Of a stretch of DNA of 64,000 nucleotides, positions 17,501-26,412 are shown one piece after another. The notes beneath the pieces are model-generated. The model was given only the letters and a program-made list of their open reading frames with translations, did no database searches and was not told the DNA's origin. Source of the stretch: a virus (taxonomy: Duplodnaviria; Caudoviricetes); IMG/VR virus record IMGVR_UViG_3300037851_000141, positions 64,001 to 128,000 of that record; one strand, written 5' to 3'. How positions within the stretch are numbered: the stretch's first letter is position 1; each line of letters starts with the position of its first letter. The position numbers and the translations under genes were made by a program.

Positions 17501-20236
17501 TCAGGGAGATACACGAATCGCTTTTACATTCCAAGACCCAGCCATAGACAAAGCAACTAATCTTAAATATCCGGCATTAATATCAGATATAAGATCAAGA
17601 TTACTTGTGTCTCCTATGCTTGGAGTTGATGATTCAGCATATTCTACAGTACTACCATCTGTTATAGCTAATATATTACTTGTACGAAGACCAGTAGAGC
17701 CAGAAACAGAAACCGTCCAGTTAGCAGAATTCGTAGCACTAGCAGCAACAGAATCAATTACGGAAGTTGATATTACATCATTTACATAACTTCTTGGTAA
17801 TAGATTGTTTACATAATTTATTGATTGAGTGTATGAATTGGCTGATGTTGAATTTACATAACTTGTTAAAGCGTAATCCGAAGATACGGCCACGGTAAAT
17901 GTATTTGTTGGAGATTCTATTACTTGAATACCATTTCCACCAAGAACATTAACTGAGTTTATTTGATCTTGTAAATAACCACTAATATTAGAAACGGCCG
18001 AGATTGTGCTAAATGTATCTAATATTGAAATAGATTTGCCACCATCAATAATTCTTCCATCACCATTCCAAGTTAAGAAATTCCCAGATGGTCCAGCAGT
18101 TAAAGTTGATACATAAACGTTAGGTGTTTTTATTCCTCTATATTCGGATGTTGGATCTAATGGATATTCTGAGTTGGTAAGAAGATTATATATAGCTACA
18201 TTAGTATTTCTCATATTTGTGCCGCGAGTCATACCACTTGGCGGCGGAATAATTGAACTAGCAGTATTATTATATTTAACCGTAACCGTGTGAACACCGG
18301 GAGTAAGACCAAACCAAGTATAACTAAAATGAGACTTAGCTGATGAAGGTGCGGTTGTGTCAGTTAACCACGTTCTTGCTTGTGATATAGACACTCCAGT
18401 ATTATCAACTCTAGCATACTGAGCAATTCCGCTGCCAGAAATTCTAAACTCAAAACCACCATATCTTAACTCTTCAGAAGCAGCAAATCTGTTCCAAGTG
18501 GCAACAACATCACAATCTAATAAAAATTCGCCTGTATTTGGAATATATACGTCAAATAGTATATCAGCTTGGACGCCACCGCCAGTAGTATAAACACCAA
18601 CTCCACGTTGCGAAGAATCTCCTTTTATTCCACAGTTATAATATCCTTGAGTAAATGGAGAGTCTGGTGGTTCAACTCTTAAATAATCTCTATCTTCTCC
18701 AGTCAATGATCCACTACTTAATGTCCAATTCCTATAGTTTTTAGAATCACGCAAACGTCTTCCAAATGGACCTAGTATATTAGAAAAATTATAATATCCC
18801 GGTGTAGATGTTAATGTTGGACCAAATAAAGTTAATATATTCTCATAATCCCGCATTGATTCTCTGGTAGTTGTTGATGAATAATTACATTTATCAAATT
18901 TTAAGTTGCCATATTGGTCATTGTATATAACATAATCGTCAAACTTTGATTGTCCGCTTATTGGAGAGTTTATAACAGTACCATAAAACACTTGGCGAGT
19001 TTTTATAACATTTTCATAAGATTGCGAGGCTCTAGCGTGAATTTCATCAGCTAAAACATTTGATTCATAAACTATAGTATCATTAGTTACCGCACCCAAA
19101 AGAGTTGAATTATAATAATAAATATAATTGTTATTTACAGAACCTTGATCTGTCTGAGCTACACTTAAGGCATCATCAACCACAAGCTCATCTGATATAT
19201 AAGCAGAGTTATTAACAGTTAGTAAACCATCAGTTGTAACATTACCATTCCCATAAACAGTTAGTCCATTTGATCCACCAGACGAATTTATTACAAAACT
19301 TCTAGCATCATAAAGATTGATTATATTTCCGTTGTTATACGCATTTTGTAAAGTTACCAATCCACCAGATAAAGTTTGTAATTCAGTGAAAAGAACATAC
19401 TCGCTACTTACGCTAACAGTATATACATTTGATATTGATTCTAATACTTCAATTCCATTTCCGCCAAGTACGATAGTAGATTCTTGTTCTATACTATTAA
19501 TCTGGTTTTGTAAATAAGCACTAACATCAGCGGTTTCAGTACGAGTTGTATATGCTGATAATGGAACAGCATTTATTTGATTTTGTAAATAAGCACTAAC
19601 ATCAGCGGTTTCAGTTCTTGTAGTATAATTTATTTCAATTGACGTAATTCTATCAGTTAAATCGCCTGTTATATTAACCATTTCTGTTCTAAGATATGGA
19701 TCGCCCACTTCAGCAAACTCAAGCCCACTTTGATCCATTTTAACTAATACAGCCTTACCCTCACTACCAACATAAGAATTGGGCGAGTCAGTTAACTGTA
19801 AGAAATTAGATACACCACCAGATAAAACGATAGCATCAATCTGATATTGTAAATAACCAGAAATATCAGACGATTCAGCTTCAGTGATATACGTTTCTTC
19901 AAGATTTGTTATACGTTCATCAAGAGCAGCCGTAGCATTATCAACATAAGTTCTATAAACAATGTTAGAAACTGCTATATTACTACTTACTATTTTTCCC
20001 GAACTATCTGTGGCTAAAAGTTCATTAGCATTAATATAATTTACATTAAGGTCTGAAAATGTCTTTTTACCATCTATAATCTGTGTAACATTTGATTTAG
20101 AAACATAATCTCCATTTAATATTTCAAGATTATCGGCAATATACTTAAAATTGTCTATTATAAGCTCACCACCATCTCTATTGGGTGGCGGGTCTGTTAT
20201 TTTTAAGCCTTTATACAATTCAATATTCGTTGCCAT
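17501..20236 (-). CDS. Tail fibre-like structural protein (911 aa)
   Basis: N-terminus paralogous to 26408..28015; tandem 'YTTRTETADVSAYLQNQIN' repeats; two ESP-type repeats. Confidence 0.7.
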   Translation of the reverse strand: MATNIELYKGLKITDPPPNRDGGELIIDNFKYIADNLEILNGDYVSKSNVTQIIDGKKTFSDLNVNYINANELLATDSSGKIVSSNIAVSNIVYRTYVDNATAALDERITNLEETYITEAESSDISGYLQYQIDAIVLSGGVSNFLQLTDSPNSYVGSEGKAVLVKMDQSGLEFAEVGDPYLRTEMVNITGDLTDRITSIEINYTTRTETADVSAYLQNQINAVPLSAYTTRTETADVSAYLQNQINSIEQESTIVLGGNGIEVLESISNVYTVSVSSEYVLFTELQTLSGGLVTLQNAYNNGNIINLYDARSFVINSSGGSNGLTVYGNGNVTTDGLLTVNNSAYISDELVVDDALSVAQTDQGSVNNNYIYYYNSTLLGAVTNDTIVYESNVLADEIHARASQSYENVIKTRQVFYGTVINSPISGQSKFDDYVIYNDQYGNLKFDKCNYSSTTTRESMRDYENILTLFGPTLTSTPGYYNFSNILGPFGRRLRDSKNYRNWTLSSGSLTGEDRDYLRVEPPDSPFTQGYYNCGIKGDSSQRGVGVYTTGGGVQADILFDVYIPNTGEFLLDCDVVATWNRFAASEELRYGGFEFRISGSGIAQYARVDNTGVSISQARTWLTDTTAPSSAKSHFSYTWFGLTPGVHTVTVKYNNTASSIIPPPSGMTRGTNMRNTNVAIYNLLTNSEYPLDPTSEYRGIKTPNVYVSTLTAGPSGNFLTWNGDGRIIDGGKSISILDTFSTISAVSNISGYLQDQINSVNVLGGNGIQVIESPTNTFTVAVSSDYALTSYVNSTSANSYTQSINYVNNLLPRSYVNDVISTSVIDSVAASATNSANWTVSVSGSTGLRTSNILAITDGSTVEYAESSTPSIGDTSNLDLISDINAGYLRLVALSMAGSWNVKAIRVSP
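19506..19615. repeat. 75-bp-period tandem duplication inside a fibre gene
   Basis: ttttgtaaataagcactaacatcagcggtttcagt occurs identically at 19506-19540 and 19581-19615. Confidence 0.9.
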
Positions 20237-20262
20237 GCTCTCTCTTTAGAATAGATCACCAT

Positions 20263-20270
20263 TATTTATA
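20263..20270 (-). promoter_or_regulatory. T4-type late promoter
   Basis: Exact TATAAATA, intergenic, 27 nt upstream of ATG 20236. Confidence 0.7.
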
Positions 20271-20293
20271 TTTTAATGAGACGAATAATTGAA

Positions 20294-20779
20294 CTATAAT
20301 AGAGCAGGAATTAGACCAGCATTTGACTTAATCTTCAATAATGCTGCGGATTCTTCTGGCGTTAATCCACTCACACCAGTTTCAATAACTTGGAGGATTG
20401 GTAAATTACTTGTTCTTAATTCACAGTGAGTTTGTTGGTTAATAGGAACAGAACTATAATCAAATAAAGGAGTTCCAACAATTTCAGGAAATAAATTACC
20501 AACTAATACTAACTTTGTTGCTTGGATACCTGTATATGGAATTGGACATATCTTCCAATCATTCTTTATAAAGAAAGCTGAACCAAGATATTCTGTACCA
20601 CCAAGAGGATCACCGCCTGTTGATGAGAATGCTTGGTCCCATTTAAGATTATCATCAATTTGAGTCCACTCTTTCCATAAACTATAAATATCAATAACCT
20701 CAATATTCGCAGAATCCTCACCAGATCCAAACGTTATTTCGACACATTTTTCAAGACCATTAAATGAAATTGTCGCCAT
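20294..20779 (-). CDS. Hypothetical virion-associated protein (161 aa)
   Basis: Intact ORF with its own late promoter; 'IYSLWKEW...NLKW..AF..TGGDP' segment is partly similar to the N-terminus of 20897..22249. Confidence 0.65.
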   Translation of the reverse strand: MATISFNGLEKCVEITFGSGEDSANIEVIDIYSLWKEWTQIDDNLKWDQAFSSTGGDPLGGTEYLGSAFFIKNDWKICPIPYTGIQATKLVLVGNLFPEIVGTPLFDYSSVPINQQTHCELRTSNLPILQVIETGVSGLTPEESAALLKIKSNAGLIPALL

Positions 20780-20804
20780 AGATTAGAATATGTCCCTTAG
20801 CCAT

Positions 20805-20812
20805 TATTTATA
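20805..20812 (-). promoter_or_regulatory. T4-type late promoter
   Basis: Exact TATAAATA 26 nt upstream of ATG 20779. Confidence 0.7.
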
Positions 20813-20830
20813 TATTATATGTGGTATTAT

Positions 20831-20872
20831 AAAAAAATAAAGAGCCAATAAACTATTAATATTGGCTCTTTA
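20831..20872 (-). terminator. Rho-independent terminator after the 450-aa gene
   Basis: 12-bp stem aaagagccaata/tattggctcttt followed by a U-run on the minus strand. Confidence 0.8.
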
Positions 20873-20896
20873 CTTCAATATAAGAAAATAACTATA

Positions 20897-22249
20897 TTAT
20901 GGATTATTATAGTTACGTTCAAGAGCAGCAACGAGAGATACTGAATTAGCCGTTGAACGTTGTATAGTACCAGTTGCTTTAACGAATTGGCCAGTACTCA
21001 ATCCAATGGCAACAGCAGTTATTGGTGCATCCTCACCTTCACTGCCTGGGCCGCGTTGAACGTTTGAGTCATAGTCAAATGTATGTTGTATGCTTGATTG
21101 ACCTGATATTGGACCGGCCATAGCACCAGAAGCAGAATCAATGACAGTAATAGCATTAGCAGTACCATAATCATATCCCAAATTACTTCCAGCATCATCA
21201 TTAGTAAAGAATACACGATATATACCATTAGCATCATTGACAAGGTTATCACCAAAATTGAGAGTTAAAATAGCAACATATGGGAATGTACGCTCAGTTC
21301 CAGTATCATCAACGAACACAAGTCTGTTGGTGTCAATTGATTGGAAGTTATCAATATACACGCCGCCAGTTGAGTCAAGTTTTGTTTTTAATGTATCACC
21401 AACGAATTGTAGAAGTTCGTTTGTGACTTTACCAGTCTTTGTTCCACCACCAGCATCAATATCTGTAGCTTTACGTAGCGCAGATTGAACCGCCATATAT
21501 ATTTCTTCGGCAGTTTTATTATTTCCATCAATAATAACGTGGAAATCTCTATTTGTTGAACCAATGAGTCTTTGTTGTGGTGATGCGTACCAAGTAATCG
21601 TCACACCATAAGCATCTACAGTAAGGTCTGGTTGTGTAACTTTAACATCTGTACCGTTAGCAAGAGGGAAACGATAGGCTTGATATGTAAGAGTACTAAC
21701 ACCGATATCAGTTAATGATGATGAAGCATATGTCTTAGCTTGTTCGCGGACATATAGTTTCAGATAAGAACGATAATCAAAGTTTCCGTGAGTAACATCA
21801 CCGTAAACTTGTATAGCTTGATTTACTGGACCAGTCAATACGATATTGGTTGGCGTACCATCAGCGGCAAGTTGACGATAATAAACTTGGTCCGAAGCTC
21901 CGATAGAACCAAGTGAGATACATCCAATCCATTCTTCTTGTGATACACCCGAACCATCTTTAAGCGCCCAACCACCAGTACGAATAAGTTGTTTTGTTGT
22001 TGTATCACCAAAATCCCAGCCGTTAACTAATTCGAACTGTTCATCCGTAATAGGCGTTATTGGGAAAGCATATTTGATTAATGTTGAACTGGTTTTCCAT
22101 TCTTCTTTAAGGAACGAATATAAGCATTTAAGAGTAACGCCATCAGTAGATAAGTTTCCAGCTATATTAAGTGTTATCTTAAGCGTGGCCGGATTTATAG
22201 TAACTTCCGTACCTTGATTCAGATTATCGGGGTCAATGATTAATGCCAT
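20897..22249 (-). CDS. Hypothetical structural protein (450 aa)
   Basis: Intact ORF bracketed by its own late promoter and terminator, consistent with high expression; no recognisable catalytic motif. Confidence 0.65.
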   Translation of the reverse strand: MALIIDPDNLNQGTEVTINPATLKITLNIAGNLSTDGVTLKCLYSFLKEEWKTSSTLIKYAFPITPITDEQFELVNGWDFGDTTTKQLIRTGGWALKDGSGVSQEEWIGCISLGSIGASDQVYYRQLAADGTPTNIVLTGPVNQAIQVYGDVTHGNFDYRSYLKLYVREQAKTYASSSLTDIGVSTLTYQAYRFPLANGTDVKVTQPDLTVDAYGVTITWYASPQQRLIGSTNRDFHVIIDGNNKTAEEIYMAVQSALRKATDIDAGGGTKTGKVTNELLQFVGDTLKTKLDSTGGVYIDNFQSIDTNRLVFVDDTGTERTFPYVAILTLNFGDNLVNDANGIYRVFFTNDDAGSNLGYDYGTANAITVIDSASGAMAGPISGQSSIQHTFDYDSNVQRGPGSEGEDAPITAVAIGLSTGQFVKATGTIQRSTANSVSLVAALERNYNNP

Positions 22250-22272
22250 GTATTATTCCTTTTATATATTCT

Positions 22273-22280
22273 TATTTATA
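22273..22280 (-). promoter_or_regulatory. T4-type late promoter
   Basis: Exact TATAAATA 24 nt upstream of ATG 22249. Confidence 0.7.
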
Positions 22281-22283
22281 TCA

Positions 22284-25200
22284 TTAAGCTGGATTATTAT
22301 ATTGCCTATCTATAACTAAAGATATTGGAATTGATACTATTGATCCATCTAATTCGTATCCAGTTAATCTAAATGCCTGATATCCCAGAGCAAATACAAC
22401 AATCGTAGCATTTATAGTTACACCAGTATAATCGTAGTTAAGTGTAAATGTTGTACCGGATGTCGATTCGATTCCTCCAAGTTCAGACATATCAGACTCA
22501 TCATATATTCTGACTTCAGTTCCAATTGGCAGATCAGTTAGAGTCAATTCACCTTGACTAACAGCATAAGTAGCAGACGGCGCAACCGTTGTGAAAATAG
22601 CCAAAGATGCTACGCGAGTATTATTTGCTGCTTGATTTTGTATTGGTAATATTTGGTTTGGGCTGGCGACAGTTGTAGCTCTTACAGTAGCACCACTTCT
22701 TATGTTTTCCGAAGCTGCCCAAGTTCCGGTTACTGAACTAACCCATAGATGTCCCGTTGTACCATTATCAACGATTTCATCAACAACAGCAGTAGCAGAT
22801 GATGTTTGCCCGTTTATAGTCTCGCCTTGAACAAATGCTGTTGATTGTCCTGTAAATGGAATTGTCTGCATTGCTGTCATTTTTATTTTTATTCTGAAAC
22901 CAGTTGAAGCCGATACAGTTTCAGCAAGAAGATTTGTGCTATTTAATATTTTATAAGAACCATATCCTGAACCAGTATCTAACGCATATTCTATTTTAAT
23001 ACACCCAAGTCTCTTAATAGAATCATTACTTGTTGTATCACCTAATGGGCCGGCAACTGGAGCGCCACCGAGATATACTGTAGTTCCCGTGGTTAGACCA
23101 GTATTGGCGGATCTAAATCCTGACACACCCTTGATTAAATGTGGCCATTCCCATTCAATATAGGATCCGGCAACTGGAAATAATATAGTACCGTCATTCT
23201 GGAAAATTGGTGGGTTTGTTGTTGATAATGTATATGGTTTATCATCCTTTGAAGATGCGTTCATCAATAATAAAAGATTTCCGGTTGTTTCAGTTTCATA
23301 TAGTTCGTAAAATATATTATCATAAACAGTTGTATAGTTATTATCAACAGTAATCGTATTATTTGATGTTGGATCTATTAATACGCTTGTTGTATTCATT
23401 AATGGTAGCAGGAAACCACCGAATACTCCTTTTTTAATAACATTTAACCATTGTGTTGATAGCGGCCATATTCCGCCAGTATTTGAGCGAATGTTTTGTA
23501 AAATTACTTCACCAGAGTTATTGGCTGTCGAATACGGTAAAAATGTTGCGTTAACTACTCTTGGATATATAGGAAGATTATCAAAATCAAAATTATGTAA
23601 GAACGTATTATTAGATGTTGTTGATGTATCAATTGCTAATACGCCACGGGAACCGCCAGCAACATTTAATGTAAAACCTATAAATCTATTTGATGCTGAT
23701 GCGGATATGAATAATGGAAATTCTGTCATGCCACCGAAACCGTATTGAGTCCATGTTGTTACTGTATTATTATTAGATCCAGTGTCCAACCTTAATGCGT
23801 AAGCTCCAGCCTCGGCTGTGGCCGTTTGGGTAAAATTATTCCACACCATAGTTCTAAACGAAGGTATAAAATTTTTATCAGTACTAACATGTAGTTCTGT
23901 ATATGCTGTACTTCCAGTATTACTTGGGTTTGCTGCGATTTGACATTTAATTTGTCTCCCACCATTGAAGGATACGGCACTAATACCACCATGATTTGCG
24001 GTGCTTCCGGCAGTCGTATTATTTGACAATTCTGTTTCGGTTGCTGTTAATGATGTGGTAGATGTTTGACCAGCGAGTGGACCGGCTGAAGAACCAAGAA
24101 CAAACTGAGGATCACCTACACGGATAACTTTACCAGTTGAAAATGAACTTGCTCCACCTATTCTAACTGTCGTAGTAGTTGAGCCGGAAGAAGTTGTAAT
24201 CGTACAAGAATATCTTTTAATTGCGCGAGTAAGTGTACATGATTGTGTAACTGTTTGCGGAGATGAACCGTTATCCTCACACCGGATGTTTATATCAAAT
24301 TGTGGATTTGTTGTCGTAGCACCAGAACCAGATACCCACATATATATAGAAAACGTATATGTATTTCCGGCCGTTGTTGTAAATGCTTGAGTTACTGATG
24401 AATCTGCTGATGTCGGAGTTAGTGTATCAGCATCGTGAGTTGTGGATGACCAAGCGTTTCCTAGTGGACCTCGGGCGGCGTTAGTTGTAACCGTTACTGA
24501 ATTTTTTGTCCACGATGCGTTGGAAAAATCGGCAGATTGAAGACATAAATTGGTTATGCTATTAGTTGCTGTTGGAGTTGCTTCTTGTTGTGCCGAATCT
24601 GTGTAGACGCCAGCCGAATCATATTTTCTTAATGTGTAATAATATGTTGTGCCGTTCGATGCCGTCGTATCATTTAATAATTCCATATAAACGTCTGTAT
24701 TTGATATTGCTGCACCTTGTAGAGTTGTTATTGTGCCGCCGGTTGGAATAGTGCCTGAAACTCCATACGTAGTTGATCTATAAATTTCGTATCTGGTTCC
24801 AGACGTTGCGGCAGGTTCTCTTCTTGGCCACCTTAATACAACTTGGTTATTATTTGGTGTTGCTCCGAACCAATACGGATGATTTGTATCACCAGAATAT
24901 GGTGTTGCCGAATAAGTTCTGCCAATTTGATATCCATGTTGAAATTCATCCCAACCAAGTTCATGGGATGCTCGTTTATGAACAGTCTTTATATAATATT
25001 GCGTTCCATTTACAAGACGATCCCCTGTTGATGGATCGTGTGTAATATATATTAATGATGATGATACGCCGTTGGAAAAATTTCCATAATTACCAATATT
25101 GCTAGACCATCTTGTTCCTGTTACTGCATTGTTTGAACAAGCAGTAAAACATAATCCAGCCCCAAAAAAACTATTATTAGATAATGTTGCATTGGATGTA

Positions 25201-26357
25201 TATTGTAATCTTAATGCAAAGCTAAATCCTTTTTGTCGTTGTAACATGTAAAAACAACAATTGCTTATAGTAGACCCATCAGCATAATTTATTGTTAAGT
25301 GTCCTAATGGTGATGTGTTTGTGTTTCCTAATCCAGATATTACACGACAACATGTATATAGTTTATTAATATACGCTCCAGTTATTTGTTGCCAAGTTTT
25401 AAGATTTGGAGTCATCACACCAACATCTTGAGTTAACCAACCAGATGAATAATAAGGCCAACGAATGCCAGCAGTAATGGCAACGTTGTCTATATTTAAG
25501 TCGTAACACTCCGTAATGTCAGGGTGCATTCCCAAACAACAATTTGTTAATGATATCGTCTGTGCTTGGCCGCCAGCAATATATGAATAACTGAAATTAC
25601 ATTTATCAGCTATAAGTTTTCCACCGCCAGACATCAAAAATGATGCGTTTCTGGTTGATGTACCATCCTGAAATGTTGTTCTTGATGATTCATCAGTTAT
25701 AACAACGTTGGGAACTCTTACTTTAGCGCCAGTTGGAATAATTTTACCATTTATTCCATTTCCAAAGGTTATAGTTGTTGTAAATAAAACAGTATTACTA
25801 CCAGTTTGAGTTGCTGATATTGCTGGCGTTGCCATCTGAACAAAGAATCGACCTCTATCATCAGCCGGTACACCAGTTAAATCTGGATATTGGCCATACC
25901 ACGCAGCATCATGAGTTTGAGCCAAATTTATCCAAGGTACAAACTCATTAGATCCTGAAGCGGTTTCTACGAATACAGCCGCAGTGTAATCAGCATAAGG
26001 TAACGTCATTTGTTGGCCAGATGTACCATCGCTCGTTCCAACATCAATCCAATTTCCTTGAACTTCGAATGTAGCCAATCCGTTAGTTAATTGAATAGTT
26101 CTATTTGATAATGTACCAGCTATTTGTTTAACTGTGAATCTAACTGGAGTAGTCGTACTTGTATTTTGTATTAATAATTTTCCATTGTTAATTGTAATTG
26201 GCGCAGTTGTGCTACCGTTTGTACCCCAAGATTTTGTCTGATTGGTATTTACTGTTACTGTAGCACCATTATTAATAACTAAGTTGTCGCCAGTTACCCA
26301 GGCACCGCCGGCAATATCATCAACGTTTGTATCAACAGTAATAGTTCTTGTGGTCAT
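22284..26357 (-). CDS. Large multidomain virion protein (1357 aa): beta-helix-like region, fibronectin III domain, carbohydrate-binding-like domain
   Basis: FN3-like 'VVLRWP...TRYEIYRST...NDTTASNGTTYYYTLRKYD'; CBM/head-spike-like 'TNLCLQSADFSNASWTK...TAGNTYTFSIY'; Asn/Cys-laddered beta-helix-like stretch. Confidence 0.65.
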   Translation of the reverse strand: MTTRTITVDTNVDDIAGGAWVTGDNLVINNGATVTVNTNQTKSWGTNGSTTAPITINNGKLLIQNTSTTTPVRFTVKQIAGTLSNRTIQLTNGLATFEVQGNWIDVGTSDGTSGQQMTLPYADYTAAVFVETASGSNEFVPWINLAQTHDAAWYGQYPDLTGVPADDRGRFFVQMATPAISATQTGSNTVLFTTTITFGNGINGKIIPTGAKVRVPNVVITDESSRTTFQDGTSTRNASFLMSGGGKLIADKCNFSYSYIAGGQAQTISLTNCCLGMHPDITECYDLNIDNVAITAGIRWPYYSSGWLTQDVGVMTPNLKTWQQITGAYINKLYTCCRVISGLGNTNTSPLGHLTINYADGSTISNCCFYMLQRQKGFSFALRLQYTSNATLSNNSFFGAGLCFTACSNNAVTGTRWSSNIGNYGNFSNGVSSSLIYITHDPSTGDRLVNGTQYYIKTVHKRASHELGWDEFQHGYQIGRTYSATPYSGDTNHPYWFGATPNNNQVVLRWPRREPAATSGTRYEIYRSTTYGVSGTIPTGGTITTLQGAAISNTDVYMELLNDTTASNGTTYYYTLRKYDSAGVYTDSAQQEATPTATNSITNLCLQSADFSNASWTKNSVTVTTNAARGPLGNAWSSTTHDADTLTPTSADSSVTQAFTTTAGNTYTFSIYMWVSGSGATTTNPQFDINIRCEDNGSSPQTVTQSCTLTRAIKRYSCTITTSSGSTTTTVRIGGASSFSTGKVIRVGDPQFVLGSSAGPLAGQTSTTSLTATETELSNNTTAGSTANHGGISAVSFNGGRQIKCQIAANPSNTGSTAYTELHVSTDKNFIPSFRTMVWNNFTQTATAEAGAYALRLDTGSNNNTVTTWTQYGFGGMTEFPLFISASASNRFIGFTLNVAGGSRGVLAIDTSTTSNNTFLHNFDFDNLPIYPRVVNATFLPYSTANNSGEVILQNIRSNTGGIWPLSTQWLNVIKKGVFGGFLLPLMNTTSVLIDPTSNNTITVDNNYTTVYDNIFYELYETETTGNLLLLMNASSKDDKPYTLSTTNPPIFQNDGTILFPVAGSYIEWEWPHLIKGVSGFRSANTGLTTGTTVYLGGAPVAGPLGDTTSNDSIKRLGCIKIEYALDTGSGYGSYKILNSTNLLAETVSASTGFRIKIKMTAMQTIPFTGQSTAFVQGETINGQTSSATAVVDEIVDNGTTGHLWVSSVTGTWAASENIRSGATVRATTVASPNQILPIQNQAANNTRVASLAIFTTVAPSATYAVSQGELTLTDLPIGTEVRIYDESDMSELGGIESTSGTTFTLNYDYTGVTINATIVVFALGYQAFRLTGYELDGSIVSIPISLVIDRQYNNPA

Positions 26358-26404
26358 TAAATCTCCTCAGACCATTAATCATTATTATACATCAATATCA
26401 TCCA

Positions 26405-26412
26405 TATTTATA
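26405..26412 (-). promoter_or_regulatory. T4-type late promoter
   Basis: Exact TATAAATA overlapping the upstream stop codon, 48 nt before ATG 26357. Confidence 0.6.

Noticed and set aside
10478-20236. CRISPR-like array suggested by recurring ~35-bp sequences
   Set aside because: The repeats are in-frame protein repeats with irregular spacing and synonymous variation; there are no cas genes.
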